Shown here: positions 35,256 through 43,421 of the stretch, in pieces
Layout: every line of letters begins with the position of its first letter
Position numbering within the stretch: the stretch's first letter is position 1
Virus record (IMG/VR): IMGVR_UViG_3300023174_000197
Span: 1 to 56,751 of that record
Strand: one strand, 5' to 3'
Source of the DNA: a virus
Taxonomy: Duplodnaviria > Caudoviricetes
DNA: 56,751 bases
Notes under the pieces: generated by a model
The model's input: only the letters and a program-made list of their open reading frames with translations
Databases searched by the model: none
Told to the model about the DNA's origin: nothing
Position numbers and translations under genes: made by a program

Positions 35256-35534
35256 TTACATGCAGGAAGTAGTTTTTGTTACTCTATGTAACCCTGATCC
35301 TCTACCGGTATGCCGCCCGTATGGATTATATTTACGATGATTAATAAATTGCTCAGGAGTTAGCACCTGAATTTCTGCGCCAGTTTTGTGACCATAAATC
35401 ATTACACCTTTGGGCTTCTGCCAGTTCTTTTGAGTCATCTGCGCACATGATGCACAAATGCGACTATTGAGCAAAGTTACGCGTTCATCTTCTACGCATT
35501 TGCCGCATCCACAATATACAAGTTGTTCGTTCAT
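35256..35534 (-). CDS. TraR/DksA-type C4 zinc-finger protein
   Basis: CGCGKCVEDER...CASCA. Confidence 0.6.
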   Translation of the reverse strand: MNEQLVYCGCGKCVEDERVTLLNSRICASCAQMTQKNWQKPKGVMIYGHKTGAEIQVLTPEQFINHRKYNPYGRHTGRGSGLHRVTKTTSCM

Positions 35535-35654
35535 GATAGTAATATATAGGTAAAGATGGTTCAGTCAACTGTTTCCTGTTTTAGTTGCAAGTATTGTTGC
35601 AGTTCCTGTTCGCTCATATCAAAGTAGCACAAGGGATGAATGTCCATATGTTTA

Positions 35655-35894
35655 TTATTGTGGTGGTAATTGGCCAATGTGGTAAATTAAGTCTTCTGCT
35701 TCACAATACCCCATGGCGCCGAACTCCTCAACAGGTATTGTGAAGTCATAGAAGAAATCTTTGACATCATCAATGACTGCATTGTGCTTTTTGCAATAAT
35801 CACACTCAACGCCATCACCACGAGTAATCTTCTGTCCATCTAAGAACTTGATGATCTGTTCATTGGTCCAATTGTCTCTCTTAAATGTTCTCAT
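35655..35894 (-). CDS. hypothetical protein
   Basis: 79-aa ORF. Confidence 0.65.
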   Translation of the reverse strand: MRTFKRDNWTNEQIIKFLDGQKITRGDGVECDYCKKHNAVIDDVKDFFYDFTIPVEEFGAMGYCEAEDLIYHIGQLPPQ

Positions 35895-35907
35895 ATTGTA
35901 TTATAGT

Positions 35908-36072
35908 TTAGTTCATATTAGGTTCGCGGAAGTAATTATCAAGTGCTACTAAGCTATCCTTTAAAGAATCAAAGTCACCAGTAATACGCGCATAATAAAT
36001 GCTCAAACAAATGCTTCTGAGCTCGATATATAGTTCCTTGTATGTATCGTCTTCTGATATTTGATCGTTCAT
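35908..36072 (-). CDS. small protein paralogous to the C-terminus of 33563..33784
   Basis: Manual 54-aa ORF LRSICLSIYYARITG...DNYFREPNMN; TATAAT-N6-ATG. Confidence 0.65.
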   Translation of the reverse strand: MNDQISEDDTYKELYIELRSICLSIYYARITGDFDSLKDSLVALDNYFREPNMN

Positions 36073-36105
36073 ACTATTATTATATCGACTTTCCTTTTAA
36101 AATAA

Positions 36106-36215
36106 TGAGCGTGGCAGGATTTGAACCTGCATTCGACTTGGTTGCCCAGCTGTGCCAAATACTGCTGTTACTGTATTTCATAGCCGGTAGTGTCTTTACA
36201 TTCCACCACACGCTC
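36106..36215 (-). ncRNA. tRNA-like RNA with expanded anticodon domain
   Basis: Acceptor GAGCGTG/CACGCTC-A; D-arm TGGTGGAATGTAAAGACAC; T-arm GCAGG-TTCAAAT-CCTGC; about 59 nt between D- and T-arm; no CCA. Confidence 0.7.
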
Positions 36216-36228
36216 AAATTGTTACACG

Positions 36229-36726
36229 TTAATCGTGTTCGTATTCGTCTGTGGTAATACCTTCGCGAGTAATAGTTACTTTGACGTGATCACCAACCAT
36301 TTCTTCCCAATTGTCTTCATCAACAACTGCAAGAGCCTCGCGGAAAGCGTCAACAGCTTCTTTGTAAAGAGGGTTGAAGTTGGGGTTAGGCTGGCGCTTA
36401 TAACTACCACCCACGTTAACATAAATTGTTTCTTCAGCCAGCTGCAAGATGTTTTCACCTTCACCTTTACCATCATCATCATATTCACTATAACCATTGA
36501 AATCACAGTATTCATGGTTAACGCTATATTCACATGTGTTGCCGTCATTAAAATATGGCTGATACGCTGTAAATGAAACACTATTTATAAAAGGGTATTC
36601 ATCAAACAGTTCAGAGAGAGCTCCGTTGAATTCTGCTCGTAACTCCTTCTGCACTTGATTTTTAAGCTCGTTGATGCGGTCATTAGCTTCGGAGATTTTA
36701 GTTTTTAGTTCGTCGATCTTTTTCAT
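36229..36726 (-). CDS. phage hypothetical protein (YQPYFNDG..C motif)
   Basis: Start MKKID; C-terminal GDH..V..TR.G...EYEHD. Confidence 0.7.
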   Translation of the reverse strand: MKKIDELKTKISEANDRINELKNQVQKELRAEFNGALSELFDEYPFINSVSFTAYQPYFNDGNTCEYSVNHEYCDFNGYSEYDDDGKGEGENILQLAEETIYVNVGGSYKRQPNPNFNPLYKEAVDAFREALAVVDEDNWEEMVGDHVKVTITREGITTDEYEHD

Positions 36727-36727
36727 G

Positions 36728-37147
36728 TTAGTCAATATGGATTCGGGTTTGTGTTTGTTCAACTGATTCTTTTGTTTTTCTTTGCTTTAAAATGAGTGCG
36801 TGTGATGGAGGTGCACCCTTGCCATTCATCATCCAATCTGGAACATTCATGCAGTCCAAATAGTCAGAAGCACTTGGAATGAATCCATTGAAGTCTTCTG
36901 CAATGTGCTGTTCACCAATGTCGCGAGTGGAGATGAGCTTGCCATCAGATTTGCGTTTGAACACTTCACCAAAAATGCGTGTCAAAATAACACTCACAAA
37001 ATACGTATTATGAGTGAGCGCGCGATGTGTTGGAAGTGAGGTTGCAACTTTTGAACTATCCATTATAGAATGTATGTCAAGATAATCTTCTGGTTCTCCA
37101 CCAAATTTACGGGCTGATGACCGAGCATGAATCCAAGGTTTACTCAT
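36728..37147 (-). CDS. DUF6915-like protein
   Basis: PWIHARSS.RKFGG..EDY..IH..MD.SK...HRAL.H...EQH..ED. Confidence 0.7.
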   Translation of the reverse strand: MSKPWIHARSSARKFGGEPEDYLDIHSIMDSSKVATSLPTHRALTHNTYFVSVILTRIFGEVFKRKSDGKLISTRDIGEQHIAEDFNGFIPSASDYLDCMNVPDWMMNGKGAPPSHALILKQRKTKESVEQTQTRIHID

Positions 37148-37150
37148 TTG

Positions 37151-37891
37151 TTATTTGTTATTTGTATTGTTATTATCGACTACCAATCTACAGTATTTTA
37201 AAAATTGTTCAACTGAAAAATCTTGTTTCATGAAGTTTATTTGCTTCATTACAATGCAGCAATTTTCTTTTGTATATCCTTTGCTGCTATCTATTCTATC
37301 TACACTTGCAGAGCTTGATCTCGTACCACAAGGAGTACGCTTATCATAAAACGCAACAGGCTCTTTCGTAAAGATGCAACACTTGTTTTGTTTGATGTAT
37401 ATATCCCAGATCTCTTGAATTGTAATTGTAAACTCATAACCTCTAGCTAGTGCTTGTTTTTTGAGTTTAGATATATACGCAGCAGGTATTTCTTTATACA
37501 TTAATGGCTTCTTCCACAGCTTTACCATTTCTTTATGAAGACATTTGCACGAGTTGCTTTTTCCTAAGTTGAGTGATTGAGCTAATACGCTTACTATATT
37601 ACCGCAGTCACATTTACAATTCCACTTTACAGGATGTCTTTTGCTAAAATCTCTATCAATCACCAGAAGTCTTCCAAAACGCATACCTGTCAAATCTTTT
37701 GTTCTTGTTCGGTCTTTTAGACATCCGCACGATTTGGTTTGATTTCTATTAAGATACACACCAAAAACATCTTTGTATTTGCCGCATTCACATTTACATT
37801 TATATTTGCGCCGACCATGTACACGGCCTATATACTGCTCAACTTCTAATTTACCAAATTTTGTGCCGTTCGGAATAATTGGACTACTCAT
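37151..37891 (-). CDS. HNH/His-Me-finger homing endonuclease
   Basis: Two G.KFG.L.V...CKC.CG...SC.C repeats; C-terminal SVDRIDSSKGYTKEN...INFMK. Confidence 0.85.
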   Translation of the reverse strand: MSSPIIPNGTKFGKLEVEQYIGRVHGRRKYKCKCECGKYKDVFGVYLNRNQTKSCGCLKDRTRTKDLTGMRFGRLLVIDRDFSKRHPVKWNCKCDCGNIVSVLAQSLNLGKSNSCKCLHKEMVKLWKKPLMYKEIPAAYISKLKKQALARGYEFTITIQEIWDIYIKQNKCCIFTKEPVAFYDKRTPCGTRSSSASVDRIDSSKGYTKENCCIVMKQINFMKQDFSVEQFLKYCRLVVDNNNTNNK

Positions 37892-37934
37892 TTAAGTATT
37901 TATGCAAATGCATACTATATTTTAAATGGTAGTT
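37882..37934 (-). promoter_or_regulatory. imperfect hairpin hiding the HNH start codon, with internal CATAAATA late promoter
   Basis: - strand ACTAC-CATTTAA ... TATGC-ATTT-GCATA-AATAC-TTAAATG-A-GTAGT. Confidence 0.65.
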
Positions 37935-37983
37935 CAAATATAATCTTACTGCATACCTACGCGTGTTGAAATTTACTCATGTG

Positions 37984-38490
37984 TTATTGATTAGCAATTG
38001 CTTCAATGGCATCCCAATCTGGCTTGAAATCACTAGGTGTTTCCCAATAACAAAGCCCTTGATCTTCTGGATCATCAGGCAAACCATTCATAAGAAACCA
38101 TGCACCACGAAGTGCAGCTGCATCTTTGCTGTTTTTGTGATCTTCAGCGAATAAAAAATTATATGCATCAGTAGAATACGTAGGTGGATTCCCACTATAC
38201 ATGTTGATGCCAAATGCTCGCATGCTATAATCTCTCCATTTTTCTTGCTTGCGTGCTTTGATGCCTGCAGGAATACCATATCCAAGAAAGCATGCAGTGG
38301 TACCACATTCATATTCTTTGATGCTGGGACAAATGCTCAATGCGGTATGATCACGACCATTTTTCTCGCTTCGGAAAAACCAATTGAGGTTGAAGCGAGG
38401 CGGCTCAGCCTTGTCGCGCACATACATGGTAAGCTTGGCAAGATTCTTGCGTTGAGTAGGAGTAAGTCCAAGTTCGTTTGCTGTTTTCAT
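37984..38490 (-). CDS. hypothetical protein (CGTxAC motif)
   Basis: ECGTTACFLG; TTGACT-N16-TACATT-N6-ATG. Confidence 0.7.
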   Translation of the reverse strand: MKTANELGLTPTQRKNLAKLTMYVRDKAEPPRFNLNWFFRSEKNGRDHTALSICPSIKEYECGTTACFLGYGIPAGIKARKQEKWRDYSMRAFGINMYSGNPPTYSTDAYNFLFAEDHKNSKDAAALRGAWFLMNGLPDDPEDQGLCYWETPSDFKPDWDAIEAIANQ

Positions 38491-38516
38491 TGTTGCAATG
38501 TATATGTGTTCTCAGT

Positions 38517-39095
38517 TCAGTCAACTTGATTTTGATTTTTGGGATATTTGCAAGGACCCATTCCACATGTCATACATGTTCGTGGACTTGCAAAACCTGC
38601 TTCGTGCAGCAATTGACTGCAATTGAGCGTCTGTACAGCAATGGGATTCATATCTGGCTTGTCTGATTGAGGTGCCATTGCTTCTGGTTCACGACTATTC
38701 TGGATGTTGTCCAGGAAGATCTCCAGTGCATCTAATGCTTGCCCCAATCCTGCGCGGTCGTCTAGCAAAATATTGTAGTAGATCTTACCATTGTTGCCAA
38801 ACGGGAGCTTGATAGGGTTCTCATTGATTGCATCTACATGAATACCGTGCTCATGCATATACTCATTCATGAGGATGTATCGTTCAGGAGCAGATGCAGT
38901 CCAAAGAACCACATAGAATCCATGTGCATTGCATTGCTTCACAACATTGATGGCTCTTTCATGCAGAGCACCTAGTTTGTGAAAGTCGTAGACTGTATCA
39001 TCAAAGTCCACTGCAACGACGAGCTTCGGATGTTTGTTGTATTCTTTATGAAGCCGCTTGACGATGTTGCTGGTGCTGGTAAATGGGTCCATCAT
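38517..39095 (-). CDS. HAD-superfamily phosphatase
   Basis: VAVDFDDTV, LWT, K.Y..ILLDDRA. Confidence 0.8.
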   Translation of the reverse strand: MMDPFTSTSNIVKRLHKEYNKHPKLVVAVDFDDTVYDFHKLGALHERAINVVKQCNAHGFYVVLWTASAPERYILMNEYMHEHGIHVDAINENPIKLPFGNNGKIYYNILLDDRAGLGQALDALEIFLDNIQNSREPEAMAPQSDKPDMNPIAVQTLNCSQLLHEAGFASPRTCMTCGMGPCKYPKNQNQVD

Positions 39096-39096
39096 A

Positions 39097-39357
39097 TTAG
39101 TGTTCAGTGAAAATTACTTTGCCTTCTACGAAACCAAAAACGGAATCTTCTTGCATGGTAACAACATCAGCAGTCTCACCTGCTTTGCGAGGACGGTGAA
39201 TGTACCAAAGCTCATCACTCTTCCAGGTTGCAGTTACAAACTTTGTATTTGGTGGCAGATCCACATTCATGGTACCACCAAACGTTTTAGCCCTTTCGTT
39301 TTCTGTGCAGCTGACCAATGATAAAGCAGCAATGATGGGAAGTAGTTTCATTTTCAT
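39097..39357 (-). CDS. phage lipoprotein
   Basis: Lipobox LVSC; R..GG....LP...K....TWK...LW. Confidence 0.75.
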   Translation of the reverse strand: MKMKLLPIIAALSLVSCTENERAKTFGGTMNVDLPPNTKFVTATWKSDELWYIHRPRKAGETADVVTMQEDSVFGFVEGKVIFTEH

Positions 39358-39359
39358 TT

Positions 39360-39641
39360 TTATTTTTTGTTGTTGAGTTTGTTGATGAGCTGAATGTGAT
39401 CACGACGACTGATGTCTAATTCATGTTCAATGAATGAATTATCTGGTTTACAGAAAACAGCTACAGTGCATTCACCAATCCAATTAGGATCATTGCCATC
39501 TTCGTTGATGTTGGCTCTTGTTACACTCAACAGCTTAACATCTGTCAATGCATCAAAATTGATGTAGCCACCAAGAACATCACGCACTGCATCAATTTCT
39601 TGATATTCTTCTTCTTTTGTTTTCTTTTTAAAATTGAACAT
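39360..39641 (-). CDS. hypothetical protein
   Basis: Start MFNFK, downstream of the terminator. Confidence 0.6.
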   Translation of the reverse strand: MFNFKKKTKEEEYQEIDAVRDVLGGYINFDALTDVKLLSVTRANINEDGNDPNWIGECTVAVFCKPDNSFIEHELDISRRDHIQLINKLNNKK

Positions 39642-39699
39642 ATTACAGTATAAATGCATTTTGATTTTGTGCAACAAATATCTTTGAGTTTCCGAACAT

Positions 39700-39728
39700 A
39701 AAAAAGGGTGCACCGAAATGCACCCTTT
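39700..39728 (-). terminator. rho-independent terminator after the NAMPT-like gene
   Basis: AAAGGGTGCA-TTTCGG-TGCACCCTTT followed by T-run. Confidence 0.85.
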
Positions 39729-39735
39729 GATTGGC

Positions 39736-41343
39736 TTAGACGTATTGAGCAAGGTTGTTGCGAACTTCTTGCAATGTCCAGTCTTTGATTAGTTGACCAT
39801 TTTCAAACACTTTGACGAATTCGCAATTGTTGACTTCCTCCCAAGTAGCTTGATCTTTGAGATAAAACTCACCATTTGCATCTTTGAATACAGCAGTAAG
39901 GCCTTTGGCGCTCTTCTTGAACTCAGCACCTTTGGGTGACTTGAAGATCTCTTTGTCAACGCCATTGATCTTAGCATATGTAGCCTTGACTGCATATCCA
40001 TCAGTATCACGAGTTGCATACTGGTAAGTGAAGCTGCCAATGCCAAACACAATGTTGGTGCTGGCAAAGCCTTTGCGCTTGAGACCTTCACAGATCTGCT
40101 GAGCACGCTCCAAAGTGATGCTGTCGCCATAGATCAATCCTACATGTGGATCAAGCTCTTTGAAGCCTTTGTCATTGACTTTGCCACCAAAGACTTCCCA
40201 CAGACACTCAATGGAGCCTTTGACTTCTGCTTCAGAGAGTTTTTCACCAAGAATAAAACCATGCATATCTGTTTCAACTTTGTAGAAGTCGTTTGTTCCA
40301 GTGACCCGAACAACATCATGCTCCGGTGCAAAGCTGATATATGTTTTGTCTCCACTTTCTTCAAAATGGCTGATATGAATAGTATCATAATCGTAACCAA
40401 CAACCACTTTGACTGGATCTCCAGTATCAGGACGGAAGACTACCTTGCCATCACGATTCATGATTTCACTCTTGAGCTCACGAGCAATGTTGGTAATGGT
40501 GTTAAAATAGTCCCAAGTGTCTGCCACCACGCTGACGATACCTTTAGGATACACCTCATTGATCAATCGACGGAAGGTACCAATCTCATCATCAGCACCG
40601 CCTGCTGCCATTACTGAGTGCTCAGTTGCAGCAACGCTGCCACCAACAAGCTCCTTGGTTGCATCAGCATTGTAGTATTGCTCCAAGAAGTCAATGGCAG
40701 GAATGGTATCAGTGCCAGTGAAGCTGAACAAGTGAGCAGCACCACTCATGCAAGCTGCCTCCATCCCAAACATGCCACGGAAGCTGAAGTCATGACCCTG
40801 CCATGCAACGAAATCAGTATTGCCAACAGTCTCTGCAGCATATTTGGTCAACAACTTCTTGTATTGATGAGCAGTAGTAGCACTGGTGCACATGCCCCAA
40901 ACGCTGGTAGAGAGAATGGTCTCCAAGTAGTTGGTGAACCAACCAAAGCGTTCATCAGTATTCCAAAGCACCAAACTTGGCACCTTGAGAGCATGTTCAC
41001 TGCCTTCTGGCAGAGCCAAGATCACAACAGGCAAATGGCCCAATGCATGCAAGTCACGAATGTGCTGTTCACCAACATCATTAGGACCAAGATAGTTGTT
41101 GATGCGATTGCTGAACTTGGCAATTACTTCATCAATGGGCTTGTGAAAGAAGTTTTCATTCCATTGCTTGATGAGATATTCTTTGACGAAGTATTGCAGG
41201 CCAGCAAAGACAACTTTGTTGGTATTAGGACGGCGAGTGCTTCGAGCAGTCAGATTGCTGAAGATGATTTCAGTGTTGTCGGGGTATTGGCGGCGATGGT
41301 CGCACTTGTAGCCATCGATGAGCGTTGCGGGGTTTGTAATCAT
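39736..41343 (-). CDS. nadV: nicotinamide phosphoribosyltransferase family protein (NadV-like; probable Namat)
   Basis: DGYK..H..QYP, HDFSFRG, GTDT, ATEHSVM, SVVADTWD, RPDTGDP, GLIYGDSIT, FGIGS, KKSAKG. Confidence 0.92.
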   Translation of the reverse strand: MITNPATLIDGYKCDHRRQYPDNTEIIFSNLTARSTRRPNTNKVVFAGLQYFVKEYLIKQWNENFFHKPIDEVIAKFSNRINNYLGPNDVGEQHIRDLHALGHLPVVILALPEGSEHALKVPSLVLWNTDERFGWFTNYLETILSTSVWGMCTSATTAHQYKKLLTKYAAETVGNTDFVAWQGHDFSFRGMFGMEAACMSGAAHLFSFTGTDTIPAIDFLEQYYNADATKELVGGSVAATEHSVMAAGGADDEIGTFRRLINEVYPKGIVSVVADTWDYFNTITNIARELKSEIMNRDGKVVFRPDTGDPVKVVVGYDYDTIHISHFEESGDKTYISFAPEHDVVRVTGTNDFYKVETDMHGFILGEKLSEAEVKGSIECLWEVFGGKVNDKGFKELDPHVGLIYGDSITLERAQQICEGLKRKGFASTNIVFGIGSFTYQYATRDTDGYAVKATYAKINGVDKEIFKSPKGAEFKKSAKGLTAVFKDANGEFYLKDQATWEEVNNCEFVKVFENGQLIKDWTLQEVRNNLAQYV

Positions 41344-41373
41344 AATGATATTATAAATGGTTCCTGTTTGTTT

Positions 41374-41865
41374 TCAACTATTGAGTTTAATGATTTGCTC
41401 CAAAAGATCTTGCTTGGAAAACACAATGCGCCTAGCAAGCGTTTTGTTTCGCAATTGTGTTTGAATAATCACATCATTCTTGCGCTTATACTCTGGATCA
41501 ATGCCAATGTAAATTTTGCTATGATCATGAGTATGCAATGCACTACCCAGTTCAAACAATGTAATGGGTGCAAGAGTTTCAGGTGCGAACCAGAATAGAA
41601 TGTGTTCACATTTTTCGTGAATGCAATGGTACTCCCAAGTAATCTGTTCTAGCTCCAATGCAGGATCAAGTGCATTGTAATTGGCTCTCCGTGGATTGAA
41701 TACATTGAACAAATCAATGATTCTAGGATAATCTCGGAGCCTAGCATAAGCCAATTCTTTCTGCCAATCTTGAGCTCCTGTGATGCTGCCTGCAAGAAAG
41801 ATATTTACATGTGCAGGAAGTCTACTAATCTCTACGCTGTATTGTGGTGCTTCGATATACTTCAT
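41374..41865 (-). CDS. nucleoside 2-deoxyribosyltransferase-like protein
   Basis: IFLAGSI...DWQ...FNPRR...EQITWE...FWF...PITLFELG. Confidence 0.8.
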   Translation of the reverse strand: MKYIEAPQYSVEISRLPAHVNIFLAGSITGAQDWQKELAYARLRDYPRIIDLFNVFNPRRANYNALDPALELEQITWEYHCIHEKCEHILFWFAPETLAPITLFELGSALHTHDHSKIYIGIDPEYKRKNDVIIQTQLRNKTLARRIVFSKQDLLEQIIKLNS

Positions 41866-41866
41866 A

Positions 41867-42727
41867 TTACATGTATGCTTTGATACTTTTTACAACTAGA
41901 GAGTCATTGACATCTACAAATGGCTTGCTGTTGGTAGTAAAGACTAAATCAATGCCACTGTCTTTGAGCGTTTGAATATTGGCTGTACCTTCATAGTGAC
42001 TCACAACCAAGTAAACTTTGCTGGCTCCTTTGGCTTTGAGTACCTTGGCAAGTGCACAAAACGTTCCACCTTTGCTGCAAATGTCATCAATGATGTAGCA
42101 CTCTTTGCCAGTCAAGTCATCAGCATAAACAGTAGTCTCAATGATTTGACCTGTAGCAACATTGCGCAGCTTGTCAGCACGAACAACACAGATGTCTTGA
42201 CCAGAGATGTTGTTCAAATACTTGGCAACATTGGCAACCTTTTTGTTGCTGCCAGCATCAGGAGACACCAGCACAGTTTTGCCTGTTCCATCAAGGGCAT
42301 TCATCTCACCCAAGATGGCACCAACAAACTTAGTATTATCAACAACTTTAACTTTGTTGAGCAATGCAGCAGTTACATCACTATGCGGATCAAAGATGGT
42401 TACTCTGTTGAAGTTCATAGCGTTGATGAAATCAGCAAACACTTTGACAGTCAAAGGCTCACCATCAACACATACTCGATCTTGACGAGCAGCAGGAAAG
42501 TAAGGAATGTTCAATCGCATCGTCAAAGGATGTGAACGGCGCAAAGCATCAACAATCAAAGCAAGCTTCCAAATCTCAGCATCTTGTGCATAGTGTAGCC
42601 AAATGGTAGCATTGAAGGTATCCAAGAGATCCTCATTATTAAACTTAATGTGCTGTTCACCACCTCCAAAGAAGAAGTGTTCATATGCAATGGGACGATT
42701 GGTAGTATGCGAGATGATTTCGATCAT
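41867..42727 (-). CDS. prs: ribose-phosphate pyrophosphokinase family protein (probable Adps)
   Basis: F.GGE, PYFPAARQDR, DPHS, SPDAG, K.R, IIDDICSKGGTF. Confidence 0.88.
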   Translation of the reverse strand: MIEIISHTTNRPIAYEHFFFGGGEQHIKFNNEDLLDTFNATIWLHYAQDAEIWKLALIVDALRRSHPLTMRLNIPYFPAARQDRVCVDGEPLTVKVFADFINAMNFNRVTIFDPHSDVTAALLNKVKVVDNTKFVGAILGEMNALDGTGKTVLVSPDAGSNKKVANVAKYLNNISGQDICVVRADKLRNVATGQIIETTVYADDLTGKECYIIDDICSKGGTFCALAKVLKAKGASKVYLVVSHYEGTANIQTLKDSGIDLVFTTNSKPFVDVNDSLVVKSIKAYM

Positions 42728-42770
42728 GTATAATTATATTATAGGTTTAGGTGTTGTGCAACTAATTACT

Positions 42771-43151
42771 TTATTTGTCTGCAGTATCAAAGATTTTAAC
42801 CAACTCAAAGTCTTTGATGAGTTTCTCTGCAGGTTCTGTATCAACATTGATCCACAAAAAGTAATCAGTGTCTTGAGTATTCATTGTGGATGCTCCAATG
42901 TCGTAGTACATCTTGCCTGTAACATAATCTCGCTCATCTCTCAAGATGCATACATAGTGAGAGTTTTTTGCAGCTAGGCACAATTGCAAGACTTCTTCAA
43001 CGGTTTTGCTGGTGGGTCGTCTGCACCAAGATTCTCTACAATTCAATTCATCGACTCTGACGTCAAAAGCAACACTCATTGCTTTGCGCAAGAAGTCTTC
43101 TTTTGCATCAAGAGTATGTAGATTATAAGCTGCTTGTCTGATTTGATTCAT
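42771..43151 (-). CDS. hypothetical protein
   Basis: 126-aa ORF. Confidence 0.65.
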   Translation of the reverse strand: MNQIRQAAYNLHTLDAKEDFLRKAMSVAFDVRVDELNCRESWCRRPTSKTVEEVLQLCLAAKNSHYVCILRDERDYVTGKMYYDIGASTMNTQDTDYFLWINVDTEPAEKLIKDFELVKIFDTADK

Positions 43152-43413
43152 GGTTTAATTGTTCTTTGAGCTTTCGTTTGTTAAATTTTTCATGTGGCCT
43201 CATTCGAGACCTATGAGCCATGTTGCTGATGTTGCCACATTTGTCTTCCATTCGCATCATGCTTTGGATTTCTTTGCCAATGTCACTTTTGTCTTCAACA
43301 AAAGCTTCCTGGTTAATTTCACCGTTGAGCATGATGCGTATGCCATAACCTTTGCCAAGAAAGGTTACTTTGACATCATACTCAACGGGTCCTTGCAATA
43401 CCTTCTTTAGCAT
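43123..43413 (-). CDS. hypothetical protein
   Basis: 96-aa ORF. Confidence 0.6.
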   Translation of the reverse strand: MLKKVLQGPVEYDVKVTFLGKGYGIRIMLNGEINQEAFVEDKSDIGKEIQSMMRMEDKCGNISNMAHRSRMRPHEKFNKRKLKEQLNHESNQTSSL

Positions 43414-43421
43414 GTTGTATA

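Noticed and set aside
36126-36156. Resemblance of AGCTGGGCAAC...GAATG to the HDV ribozyme core
   Set aside because: The P3/L3 (UCCUCG-like) element and matching P1/P2 pairings are missing, and the segment lies inside a tRNA-like fold.
39736-41343. Classical NadV plus NMNAT salvage (NARP2)
   Set aside because: There is no NMNAT/NadR-like gene in the window, and pairing with a PRS homologue fits NARP1 better. It cannot be excluded genome-wide.
40618-41598. Long + strand ORFs such as 40618..41598, 15850..16680, 27626..28396 and 52486..53163
   Set aside because: They are antisense shadows of well-supported - strand genes and have no motifs.
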